From Niabella sp. (GTDB lineage: Bacteria > Bacteroidota > Bacteroidia > Chitinophagales > Chitinophagaceae): DNA of 64,000 bases. The DNA lies in assembly GCA_049841335.1 (NCBI GenBank), contig JASGDI010000051.1, positions 11,201-75,200 of the forward strand, written 5' to 3'. Positions 9,522-18,442 of the stretch are shown here, one piece after another. The notes below the pieces were generated by a model, which was not told the DNA's origin, searched no databases, and saw only the letters and a program-made list of their open reading frames with translations. The position numbers and the translations under genes were made by a program. Numbering within the stretch: the stretch's first letter is position 1; each line of letters opens with the position of its first letter.

Positions 9522-10862
9522 ATGCAAATGAAAAAACAACTGGGACTTTTCGACCTTACCATGATCTGTGTAAGCTTTGTGATAGGGATGGGTATTTTCA
9601 GAGCCCCGGTAAATGTGGCAAAAGCCACTCCGGATATATTTACCTATTTTCTTTGCTGGCTGGCCGGCGGGTTAGTTGCATTTTGCGGGGCACTTACCTA
9701 CGCCGAAATAGGGTCGCGCACACCCGCCACGGGTGGCTATTATAAAGTATTCTCTTATGCCTATCATCCTTCTATAGCTTTTGCCATCAACTGCATTATA
9801 CTGGTCAGCAATGCTGCCTCGCTGGGTATGGTGGCTTTGGTTGGCAGTGAATATATTTCAGGTGTGCTGTTTCCTTCGGCCGCGTCTGTTAAAAATATTG
9901 AAATAGTATGTGCCATTGCAGCTATCATTATTTTTTATGGTGTCAATATGCTGGGGCTTAAACTAAGTTCCCGAACCCAGAATATTTTAATGCTGATAAA
10001 AATAGGGCTGGTGCTCCTGCTTATACTTTCCATCTTTTTTGCGGAGCCTGCACCTGCTGTGCAGCAAAGCGGCATAACATCGCCTTCCATGAAAGAGTAC
10101 ATAAAAGCTTTTGGCATCGGGCTGATAGCGGTAAGCTTTACCTATGGTGGCTACCAGCAAACGATCAATTTTGGCGAAGAGGTTAAGAATCCGCCACACA
10201 CCATCCCCAGAAGTATCTTTCTCGGCTTATTTATTATTGTTTCGCTATATCTTTTGGTGAACTATGCTTATATCAGGGTAATTGGTTTTGAGCAACTGAA
10301 AGACAGTAAAAACATTGCAGCTATTATGGCTTCAAAAGTACTGGGGGCTAAAGCCGAAGCTGTATTGTCCGTATTATTGTTCATAGGTGTGCTGGGTTAC
10401 ATAAACGGATCGCTTTTAAGTAACCCCAGGGTGATGTATGCTATGAGCATCGACAAAGTGCTGCCTTCGTTATTTTCTAAAACCAGCCGCAACGGGGTAC
10501 TTACCACATCGCTTACAGTTTTTTCCCTGATTGCAGCTTTAGTTGTTTTCTGGGCCGAGGAATTTGACAGGATACTGAGCTTTTCTATTTTCCTTGACTG
10601 TTTTGGCATGGCCCTTTCAGCCGGTAGTATTTTTTATTTCAGGAAAAAAACCAGGCACCTGGATGGCACCGGCATTTATACCATGAAGCTTTATCCCCTG
10701 CTACCTGTTATTTTTATTACAGCTTATGTTTTTGTGGCCATCAGTATTGCTTTTGATTATGAAAAAAACAATTATGCTGCCCTGACAGGTATAGCAGTAT
10801 TAACTTTTTTTATGATACTTTATTTTGTGTTTTACAGAAAAAATAAAAAACAAACATTATAA
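9522..10862 (+). CDS. APC-superfamily amino-acid permease
   Basis: A 446-aa protein with about 12 TM helices. The N-terminus FVIGMGIFRAP...YAEIGSRTPATGGYY is typical of amino-acid permeases. Confidence 0.85.
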   Translation: MQMKKQLGLFDLTMICVSFVIGMGIFRAPVNVAKATPDIFTYFLCWLAGGLVAFCGALTYAEIGSRTPATGGYYKVFSYAYHPSIAFAINCIILVSNAASLGMVALVGSEYISGVLFPSAASVKNIEIVCAIAAIIIFYGVNMLGLKLSSRTQNILMLIKIGLVLLLILSIFFAEPAPAVQQSGITSPSMKEYIKAFGIGLIAVSFTYGGYQQTINFGEEVKNPPHTIPRSIFLGLFIIVSLYLLVNYAYIRVIGFEQLKDSKNIAAIMASKVLGAKAEAVLSVLLFIGVLGYINGSLLSNPRVMYAMSIDKVLPSLFSKTSRNGVLTTSLTVFSLIAALVVFWAEEFDRILSFSIFLDCFGMALSAGSIFYFRKKTRHLDGTGIYTMKLYPLLPVIFITAYVFVAISIAFDYEKNNYAALTGIAVLTFFMILYFVFYRKNKKQTL

Positions 10863-12041
10863 ATGGACCTTTCACATATTATAAACGAACTGGGAGAAGA
10901 CAGGGAACAGTATTTTAACGCCGTTGCACCACCTATATGGCAGGCCAGTAACTTTGCTTTTAAAGAAGTAGAAAAATTTGCTCATGCTTTTAAAGATGAG
11001 AGAAACGAATACCTGTATAGCCGTGGCATCAATCCCACTACGGACATCCTGAGAAAAAAACTGGCTGCCCTCGAAGGCGCCGAAGATTGCCTGTTATTCA
11101 ACAGCGGGGCAGCAGCCATTTTTGCAGGTATTTTTACTTTCCTGAAAGCCGGTGATCATATTATATCAGTAAAAAACCCGTACAGCTCTGCCAAAAAGAT
11201 GTTTGAAGCCATACTGCCGCGCTTCAATGTTACGGTAACCTATACTGATGGTAAAACGATTGAACAGTGGCAGGAAGCTACACAACCCAATACAGTGCTC
11301 TACTATCTGGAATCACCTAATAGCTGGACCTATGAACTGCAGCCTTTGCAGGAGGTAGCCAGTTTTGCCCGGCAAAAAAACATCATCACGTTTATAGATA
11401 ATACTTATTGTACACCTCTTTATCAGAACGTGATGGAACTGGGTATAGATATTGCCATGCAAACCGCCACTAAATATATGGGTGGCCACAGTGATACTTT
11501 AGGGGGCGTGCTTTGCGGCAGCCATACCTTGATGAAAAAGATCTTTGACACAGAATTTATGACCATCGGCAGTGGCCTGCAACCATTCAACGGCTGGCTG
11601 CTGTTACGCGGGCTCAGAACGCTGCCCATGCGCCTGGAGCGCATCAATCAAACCACCCGGCAGGTAATTGATTTTTTAGATGCACATGATGGTATTGAAA
11701 AAATTATATTTCCCTTCCATCCATCCTTTGATCAGTATGAGCTGGCAAAAAAACAAATGAAGGCTGCTTTCGGACTGGTTACCATTGTGTTAAAGAAGAA
11801 AAACCGGGAAACAATCATAGCATTCTGTGAAAGCCTGCAGCACTTTTTAATGGCTGTAAGCTGGGGCGGTCATGAAAGCCTGGTAATTCCGCGCTGCGTA
11901 TTTATCAAAAAAGAACTGTACGATCCCGGTAACGAAGCGCACAGGCATATAAGGCTTTACATAGGCCTGGAAGATGCAGATTACCTTGTTAAAGACCTCA
12001 CAAATGCTTTGGAGCTTTTAAATAAAAAATCTTATAAATAA
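10863..12041 (+). CDS. Cys/Met-metabolism PLP-dependent enzyme (cystathionine beta-lyase / gamma-synthase / methionine gamma-lyase family)
   Basis: Motifs are YSRGINPT, NSGAAAI and the PLP-lysine motif ATKYMGGHSD. The ATG directly abuts the permease stop (TAAATG). Confidence 0.85.
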   Translation: MDLSHIINELGEDREQYFNAVAPPIWQASNFAFKEVEKFAHAFKDERNEYLYSRGINPTTDILRKKLAALEGAEDCLLFNSGAAAIFAGIFTFLKAGDHIISVKNPYSSAKKMFEAILPRFNVTVTYTDGKTIEQWQEATQPNTVLYYLESPNSWTYELQPLQEVASFARQKNIITFIDNTYCTPLYQNVMELGIDIAMQTATKYMGGHSDTLGGVLCGSHTLMKKIFDTEFMTIGSGLQPFNGWLLLRGLRTLPMRLERINQTTRQVIDFLDAHDGIEKIIFPFHPSFDQYELAKKQMKAAFGLVTIVLKKKNRETIIAFCESLQHFLMAVSWGGHESLVIPRCVFIKKELYDPGNEAHRHIRLYIGLEDADYLVKDLTNALELLNKKSYK

Positions 12042-12127
12042 AAACAATAATTAATATATAATCATTTCTAATTAATAAAATTATAATTAGATAACCGAAC
12101 AAATGCACATTTAAAACTCAGGGCGCT

Positions 12128-12135
12128 TATCTTTG
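12128..12135 (+). promoter_or_regulatory. -7 box TAtcTTTG upstream of gldK
   Basis: tatctttg lies about 97 nt upstream of the gldK ATG, in an AT-rich spacer. Confidence 0.35.
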
Positions 12136-12232
12136 CCAGCGAATTTCAAATCTTTGGTATATGTTTTGCTGAAAATTTGGGTTTTATTGAACATTTTAAC
12201 CGCATCTTAAATAAAATTCAGGCTATTCAAAT

Positions 12233-13444
12233 ATGAATAAACTCATCGCTTTTGTATGCATATTCATACTCGCTTTTAATAATGCTGACGCGCAAAAAAG
12301 CTTTCGTTTAAAAAAGCTGGTTGGCAAAAAATCGAATCTTTCTTCTACACTGCCCTTGTCTGTTGTAGAAATCCCTACAGGAACATTTATAATGGGCGAT
12401 GAAAGCGATACTACCACGGTTTTAAAGAAAGAATTGTCCAAGCCTGTGCTGATCAGCGGTTTCTATATTTCCCAGGCAGAAATCACCAATGCCCAGTATA
12501 AGGAATTTGTGCATTGGGTAAGAGATTCAATAGCCGCACGTACCCTGGGTGGCGAATATGTGATCATCGAATCCGGGGATACCGCTGTTAACTGGAAATT
12601 GGCCTCTAAGATCAATTATTCAGACCCTGAAATTATCAGCCGCCTTGGCGATCTGTTAATTGACCCTTCCAAAACCATCAATAACAAGCGCGCCATTGAT
12701 CCTCAAAAGCTTATTTACCTTTTACAGGGATTTAATTACCTCGAAGCTGCCAAAAAAGAGAACAAAAACCGTCCTCCAAGCGACTTTATTTATAAATATG
12801 CTGTAGCTATTTATCCTGATACACTATGCTGGATGAGGGATTTCGGATACTCCAACAACGAACAAATGGCTGTGGGGTATTTCAGCAGCCCTAAATATCA
12901 GAATTATCCTGTGGTAGGTGTAAGCTGGAACCAGGCCAATGCTTTCTGCGACTGGATGACCAAACAAAAGATCAACACTTACCAGTCTAAAAATAAATTA
13001 TCGGAAGGTGGAAAATGCAGGCTCCCTACCGAAGCTGAATGGGCGTATGCCGCCAGCCTGAACCAGGCCAATGTCAATACTAAAAAACCTTCTTCAGAAG
13101 AGGATAAAGAAGGAAATGTTACTGCCCAGGGTAAAATATTTCCTGTATATGTAAATGACAGCAAAAAAGGAAAAGCAGGGCTGTACAATATGGCCGATAA
13201 TGTTTCTGAGTGGATGGTAACCTCGTACTACGAAGGCGGGGAAAATTTTCAGAACAGGTTTAACCCTGATATCCAGTTTGGAACACCCGAATCACAGTCT
13301 AAATTCCAAAGAAGGAAAGTTTTAAGAGGCGGCAGTTGGAAAGACTCCCCTTCTATGGTTACTACAGCCAACCGTTCTTACGAAGACATGGATGCAACGC
13401 ACTCCTATATCGGCTTCCGTGTTGTAGTAAACCTTCCTGAATAA
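12233..13444 (+). CDS. gldK: Gliding motility / T9SS protein GldK (PorK), FGE-sulfatase (SUMF1) fold
   Basis: Motifs are TGTFIMGD, YPVVGVSWNQANAFCDW, RLPTEAEWAYAA, NVSEW and RGGSWKD. It is followed by gldL, gldM and gldN. Confidence 0.9.
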   Translation: MNKLIAFVCIFILAFNNADAQKSFRLKKLVGKKSNLSSTLPLSVVEIPTGTFIMGDESDTTTVLKKELSKPVLISGFYISQAEITNAQYKEFVHWVRDSIAARTLGGEYVIIESGDTAVNWKLASKINYSDPEIISRLGDLLIDPSKTINNKRAIDPQKLIYLLQGFNYLEAAKKENKNRPPSDFIYKYAVAIYPDTLCWMRDFGYSNNEQMAVGYFSSPKYQNYPVVGVSWNQANAFCDWMTKQKINTYQSKNKLSEGGKCRLPTEAEWAYAASLNQANVNTKKPSSEEDKEGNVTAQGKIFPVYVNDSKKGKAGLYNMADNVSEWMVTSYYEGGENFQNRFNPDIQFGTPESQSKFQRRKVLRGGSWKDSPSMVTTANRSYEDMDATHSYIGFRVVVNLPE

Positions 13445-13483
13445 GTTAATTTTTCTTACTAAACAACAATAAAAACAAGCTAT

Positions 13484-14113
13484 ATGCCGGCAGCAGAACA
13501 AAAATCGAACATACAACGCTACTTAAACATTTTTTTCTCCCTTGGCGCCGTTCCCGTGCTTTTAGGAGCATTGTTCAAATTAACCAATACAGCGCCCATT
13601 GGGGACCCCGATACATGGCTGAAATTTGGTTTATACACAGAAGCCCTGGTGTTTTTGGTGTACGCTTTAATGTACGCTTTTAAACCGGAGGCACTGGACG
13701 ATGCTGCAAGCATAGCCGTTGTGGAGGCAGTACCGGCGCAAACATCACGCAGCGGCAGCGCTCTCGCCTCTATGGATGAGATGCTGCAGGCAGCGGATAT
13801 TACTCCCGAATCCTTAGACAAATTGAGCGAAGGATTTAAATCGCTGGAGGCAAATATTAACAGGATAGCGAGCGCAACCAACAGTGTTGTAGAAACAGAT
13901 GAATATGCAAAGCAGGTAAAAGAAGCTACCCTTTCTATTCACAGGGTGAATACTTATTACAACAAGCTTGCAGAAACATCCCATGCTTTGATCAACAGTG
14001 CAGAAGATGCAAAAGCTACGCAAAAAGAAATGTCGGAACTATCTAAGAACCTTGCAAAGCTGAATCAAATGTACAGCAGCATGATTGCCGCTATGCAAAT
14101 GAAAGGATCGTAA
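13484..14113 (+). CDS. gldL: Gliding motility / T9SS motor protein GldL (PorL)
   Basis: Two N-terminal TM helices (FSLGAVPVLLGALFKL and GLYTEALVFLVYALMYAFKP, the latter with the conserved TM Glu) precede a coiled cytoplasmic tail. The position in the gldKLMN order fits. Confidence 0.85.
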   Translation: MPAAEQKSNIQRYLNIFFSLGAVPVLLGALFKLTNTAPIGDPDTWLKFGLYTEALVFLVYALMYAFKPEALDDAASIAVVEAVPAQTSRSGSALASMDEMLQAADITPESLDKLSEGFKSLEANINRIASATNSVVETDEYAKQVKEATLSIHRVNTYYNKLAETSHALINSAEDAKATQKEMSELSKNLAKLNQMYSSMIAAMQMKGS

Positions 14114-14159
14114 TAGCTGATGATGGTCCCGGTTGCAGCATATACAGCATCGGAATGGC

Positions 14160-14212
14160 TCCAAAAGTTAACAGATCTTCCGGTCTTCCCGACTTTTGGA
14201 CTTCCGGACTGA
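14160..14212. repeat. Word-stutter intergenic element, family 1 (CTTCCGG / GTCTTC / GACTT words)
   Basis: The sequence gatcttccggtcttcccgacttttggacttccggactg lies within a 9-bp stem, tccaaaagt(14160-68)/acttttgga(14192-200). It shares cttccggtct(14177-86) and ggacttccgg(14198-207), in reverse complement, with 53522-53534. Confidence 0.6.
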
Positions 14213-14247
14213 TTTTTAAATCATAAATCTCAAATCATACCTATAAC

Positions 14248-15759
14248 ATGGCTTTACCTAAAGAGCCCCGGCAAAAAATGATCACTGTGATGTATTTAGT
14301 GCTTACCGCATTGCTGGCACTAAATATATCAAGCGAGGTATTGAATGCTTTCAGAACCATGGATAAAAGCTTTTCCAATGCCAATACCACCATTGATAAA
14401 AAAACCCAAACCATCTTTGCCTCCCTGGAAAATAAAATAAATGATCCCAAAACCAGGGATCTCGCTGCCATCTGGAAACCCAAAGCCGAAAGGGCCAGGC
14501 AGCTTTCTGATGAAATGGTAGCCTACATTGACAATATAAAAACACAAATACAAAACGAAGCAGGCGGTGCAGATGGTGGCCATTTCAACGAAAAAAATAC
14601 CAACGCAGCTACTAAAATTTTAGTGGACGGGAACGGCGGAAAAGAACTGCTGAATAAACTAACAGATTATAAAAAAAGTCTTTTAGGTATAGACGAAAAA
14701 ATTACCAACCAGTTTAAAAACAGCCTGCCGCTTGATTTAAGTATGCCTGTAGTGCAAAACAAAAGCAACAGGAACTGGGAAGATGCTTATTTCAGGAGAA
14801 CGCCTGCTATAGCAGCTATTACCGTTCTTTCTAAATTTCAAAGTGATATAAAAAACGCTGAATCCCAGGTAGTTGAATACTGCCATAACCAGATTGGCGA
14901 AGTACAGGTAGTGTACGATGAGTTCCAGGCCCTGGCTACGGCCAATGCACAGTTTCTATTACCCGGCAGCGAGTTTACCATTACTGCAGGGGTAGGTGCT
15001 TTCAGCAAAAATGCCAAGCCAACCGTTACCATTGATGGAACACCTGTTCCTCTGAATGCCAATGGCTTAGCAGAATATAAAACGATAGCCGGAGGCCCGG
15101 GTTCTTATACACGCAAAGTGAACATTTCTTTTGTGAAGCCCGACGGTACTACCGCCACACTTACCAAAGACATTAACTATGTAGTAGCGTCTCCAACAGG
15201 ACTTACTGTTAGCGCCGATGCTGTAAAGGTTTTATACGTTGGCTTAGACAATCCCATCTCTATAGGCGGGGGCAGCGGTACCAGCGCCAGCAACCTCCGG
15301 GTATCTATAAGCCAGGGATCCATCTCCGGAAGCAATGGAAAATATATTGCAAAAGTTACAACGCCGGGAACAGCAAAAATCACTGTTAATGATGGCAAGC
15401 AAACCACCGGCTTCGATTTCCGTGTAAAATCAGTACCAACACCAACAGCAATGGTTGGAGCAAGCAAAGGCGGCCGTATACGTGTTAACGATTTTAAAGC
15501 CCAGGCTGGCGTACGTGCAGAATTAGAAAACTTTGTGTTTGAAGGGGTTAAGTTTACTGTAGTAGAGTACACCATGACTTTTGCAGGAGCCGGGTACCCC
15601 GAGTTTATGCACAAAGCCGTATCGGGTAACTCATTTAATGCAGTACGCAGCCTGATAGAACGGGCAAAACCGGGAAGCACTATTACTATTGACGAAATAA
15701 GAGCTTCGGGGCCCGGCGGCACAAGAGTTTTACCTCCTATTGCCTTTAACCTGTACTAA
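14248..15759 (+). CDS. gldM: Gliding motility / T9SS protein GldM (PorM)
   Basis: The N-terminus PRQKMITVMYLVLTALLALNISSEVLNAF is the hallmark GldM TM segment. It is followed by a long periplasmic region. Confidence 0.9.
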   Translation: MALPKEPRQKMITVMYLVLTALLALNISSEVLNAFRTMDKSFSNANTTIDKKTQTIFASLENKINDPKTRDLAAIWKPKAERARQLSDEMVAYIDNIKTQIQNEAGGADGGHFNEKNTNAATKILVDGNGGKELLNKLTDYKKSLLGIDEKITNQFKNSLPLDLSMPVVQNKSNRNWEDAYFRRTPAIAAITVLSKFQSDIKNAESQVVEYCHNQIGEVQVVYDEFQALATANAQFLLPGSEFTITAGVGAFSKNAKPTVTIDGTPVPLNANGLAEYKTIAGGPGSYTRKVNISFVKPDGTTATLTKDINYVVASPTGLTVSADAVKVLYVGLDNPISIGGGSGTSASNLRVSISQGSISGSNGKYIAKVTTPGTAKITVNDGKQTTGFDFRVKSVPTPTAMVGASKGGRIRVNDFKAQAGVRAELENFVFEGVKFTVVEYTMTFAGAGYPEFMHKAVSGNSFNAVRSLIERAKPGSTITIDEIRASGPGGTRVLPPIAFNLY

Positions 15760-15767
15760 AATGTACC

Positions 15768-15794
15768 GGTTTGGTTTAATGTTTGAGGTTTAAT
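15768..15794. repeat. Word-stutter intergenic element, family 2 (GGTTT/GTTTAAyGTTTGAGGTT)
   Basis: The sequence is ggtttggtttaatgtttgaggtttaat. The 17-mer at 15774-15790 matches 49018-49034 with one mismatch. Confidence 0.55.
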
Positions 15795-15855
15795 ATAAGC
15801 AACCTGTAGAAACAGGGTGCATTGCAAACCATGAATTAAATAAAAAAATATACAG

Positions 15856-16899
15856 ATGAAATTTCGTATTTTATGTAATATCATAGTCCTTTTTTTGCTG
15901 GTTAGCAGCTCTGTAGCGGCCCAGAGACGCAGCGCTTACGACTCTCCGCCCAAAAGCAGCTCTTCCGCAAAGGAAACAAAAACTCCGGCTTCAAAAACTA
16001 ATACCCCTGCCGCAGAACCCGGGGGAGAAAGCGGGAATTACGATACTGCAGTTCCTTACCAGAACCTCCCTGTAGAAGTAGTGGAAGACCAGGGTGATGG
16101 TGGCTTATACGGCACATCAAGGGCTTCTTTAAGGAAAGACAACATCCTGGAAGATGACAATACTGACAGTACGGCCGTACCCCTGGACTATACGCCTTTA
16201 TATGCCGCTGATGCACTGTATCGTGTAAGGGTATGGCGCACTATTGATGCCCGCACCCAGCAAAATGCCCGGTATTTTTATAATAAGGCTATTGAAGGGG
16301 AAGATAGCAAAAGGCTGATCAATATCATGCTAAGAGCTATTAAAGAAGACAGTGTACAGGCTTTTAGCAATATAGATGACCGTTTTACCACCCCCATAAC
16401 TTTTGAAGAAGCCTTAGCCGGATTTGGCGGAGGCCTGGATACTTCTGCCAGGTACGATATGGAAGGGAATATTGCCGGTTACCAGGTAAGAAACCGCGCG
16501 GTATCTCCTGACTCCATTTACAAGTTCAGGCTCAAAGAAGAATGGCTGTTTAACAAACGCGATGGTAAAACGTATGTACGGGTATTAGGAATTGCTCCTG
16601 TAACCAGCTACACTACCTCCGACGGGTACACTATGGAAAACAGTGAGCATGCCGTATTCTGGATCTATTACCCCGATCTCAGAAAGGCGCTGGTAAGAAA
16701 CAAAATCACTAACCCTTTAAATATTAACGGGTATGTGACCTGGGAGGAAGTGTTTGAAAACAGGTTATTTGAGAGCAATATTATGAAGTCCTCGCTTGAT
16801 GCCGAAAACGGCTTTAACAATACACCACTCACCGCAGAGCAGGCAAATGAAATACAAAAACAGCTTAACAACCTGAGCGCACGCGGCTGGGCCAAATAA
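15856..16899 (+). CDS. gldN: Gliding motility / T9SS protein GldN (PorN)
   Basis: It has a signal peptide and the conserved block ALYRVRVWRTIDARTQQN, plus FRLKEEWLFNKRDG. It holds the fourth position in the operon. Confidence 0.85.
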   Translation: MKFRILCNIIVLFLLVSSSVAAQRRSAYDSPPKSSSSAKETKTPASKTNTPAAEPGGESGNYDTAVPYQNLPVEVVEDQGDGGLYGTSRASLRKDNILEDDNTDSTAVPLDYTPLYAADALYRVRVWRTIDARTQQNARYFYNKAIEGEDSKRLINIMLRAIKEDSVQAFSNIDDRFTTPITFEEALAGFGGGLDTSARYDMEGNIAGYQVRNRAVSPDSIYKFRLKEEWLFNKRDGKTYVRVLGIAPVTSYTTSDGYTMENSEHAVFWIYYPDLRKALVRNKITNPLNINGYVTWEEVFENRLFESNIMKSSLDAENGFNNTPLTAEQANEIQKQLNNLSARGWAK

Positions 16900-16927
16900 A
16901 GTTTGATTAACCGATATTATATCCTAC

Positions 16928-17584
16928 ATGAAAATGAATAAGTCTTTAATAACAGTTTTCATCGCTGCCTTTTTAATTGGCTCTGGCCATGCAAAAGCGC
17001 AATACATTTCACAAAAGAACAGTGTTGGTTTTAATTTTGGCGCCCTTACCTATTCGGGAAGATTTGCCGTTGATGCAGGCTTAGCCAGCCATAGCTCTTT
17101 ATATGCTTCGGTAGTGTACAGAAGAAAGGTTTGGGATAATCTTTATGTGCGGGCCGAACTTTTCGGTGGGCGGATGAGAGGCGATAACACGCATGTTGAA
17201 TCCCAGACAACAAAACCCAATGGTGAATTTCAGACAGAGATGGCAGAAGCAACCGTAAGGGCTGAATATGATTTTATTAATCTCTACAAGCATAAGGCTT
17301 CCCCTTTTATAAATGTTGGCGCCGGAGCATACACACTGTTTAATTATGCTTCCAGTATGGGGCCCAAAGAAAGCAAAGACAGAACAGGCTTTGCTATGCC
17401 TGTAGGCGGAGGAGTTAAATACAGGCTCAATAACAGGGTGAAGCTCCTGGCAGAGGGGAACATAAGGCTCTTTACTAAAAACCTTGATAACAGAACAGGA
17501 GAAAACATCAATAATCCTAATAAATATTACAGCTTTGGTTTTGGTGTTATTTACGAGCTAACGCCTTACAATACCCTCTGGTAA
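16928..17584 (+). CDS. Small outer-membrane beta-barrel protein (porin-family/DUF6089-like)
   Basis: It has the signal peptide ...GSGHAKA-Q and alternating amphipathic strands with aromatic girdle residues. The C-terminal strand is YYSFGFGVIYEL. The start is 28 nt after the gldN stop. Confidence 0.55.
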   Translation: MKMNKSLITVFIAAFLIGSGHAKAQYISQKNSVGFNFGALTYSGRFAVDAGLASHSSLYASVVYRRKVWDNLYVRAELFGGRMRGDNTHVESQTTKPNGEFQTEMAEATVRAEYDFINLYKHKASPFINVGAGAYTLFNYASSMGPKESKDRTGFAMPVGGGVKYRLNNRVKLLAEGNIRLFTKNLDNRTGENINNPNKYYSFGFGVIYELTPYNTLW

Positions 17585-17586
17585 TC

Positions 17587-18423
17587 TTATGCCGGTTGCA
17601 TTTCAAACAAGGTAATTTCCGGTCTTACGTTAAATCTCAGCTTCCATTTATAGCCGAGTGCCCTGTTAATATAAAGCGTTCTCCCGTCCTGTAGATCAAT
17701 TTTCCCTGCTGTATATTTTTTATTACTTACAGGAATCACCGGTGGCGGCAAAAAAGGAGGTCTTACCTGTCCGCCGTGTGTATGTCCCGATAATATCCAG
17801 CCTTTATATCCATTCCAGATATCATGATCGCAGGCGTCCGGGTTGTGGCACAAAACCAGGTTCGCAGCATCCGGATGATATCTATCCATTGCTTCAGCAG
17901 GTTTAAAGTTCGTTCCCCATAACTCGTCTATGCCTATAATATTCAGGCCTTCAACATCAAGGATCTCATTTCTCAAAACTTTAATACCGGCACTATTTAC
18001 GAGGTACGTTACCCTGTCTGCTATTTCAGCCTGCTGCCAGTCAGGACCATAATCATGATTCCCCAGGATACCGATAGTAGCAAGTTTCCCGGTTGCCTTA
18101 TGGGCTAAAACATCCGCAATATCTTTAAATTCGTTTCCTTTATTGTCCGTTATGAAATCCCCTGTATAAACAACAATATCCGGTTCAAAGGCATTTGCTT
18201 TTTGTAATGAATGAACCAGGTAATTTTTATCTACAGCGCCAGCATGTATATCGCTGATCTGCATGAGGGTTTTACCCCACAAATGAGGCGGAAGTTTCTT
18301 TATAAAGATCTTATGCTTTACAAATTCAAGCCAGCCGGGCTCTACCTGCCAGGCATATAAGCCTGTTAAAGTAGCAGCGCCTGTCAGCAGCCCTATTGTT
18401 TTTGTAAATTTTCTGCGATTCAT
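17587..18423 (-). CDS. Exported metallophosphoesterase (calcineurin-like)
   Basis: It has a Tat-like signal, MNRRKFTKTIGLLTGAATL. The motifs are DIHAG, GDFI, GNHD and GHTHGG. Confidence 0.85.
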   Translation of the reverse strand: MNRRKFTKTIGLLTGAATLTGLYAWQVEPGWLEFVKHKIFIKKLPPHLWGKTLMQISDIHAGAVDKNYLVHSLQKANAFEPDIVVYTGDFITDNKGNEFKDIADVLAHKATGKLATIGILGNHDYGPDWQQAEIADRVTYLVNSAGIKVLRNEILDVEGLNIIGIDELWGTNFKPAEAMDRYHPDAANLVLCHNPDACDHDIWNGYKGWILSGHTHGGQVRPPFLPPPVIPVSNKKYTAGKIDLQDGRTLYINRALGYKWKLRFNVRPEITLFEMQPA

Positions 18424-18442
18424 AAATAAATTTCCCCTCCAT

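Noticed and set aside
14120-14212. 30-aa ORF (MMVPVAAYTASEWLQKLTDLPVFPTFGLPD) in the gldL-gldM spacer
   Set aside because: It is generated by the stutter element itself. The other two family-1 copies do not preserve any reading frame or peptide, so the signal is at the nucleotide level.
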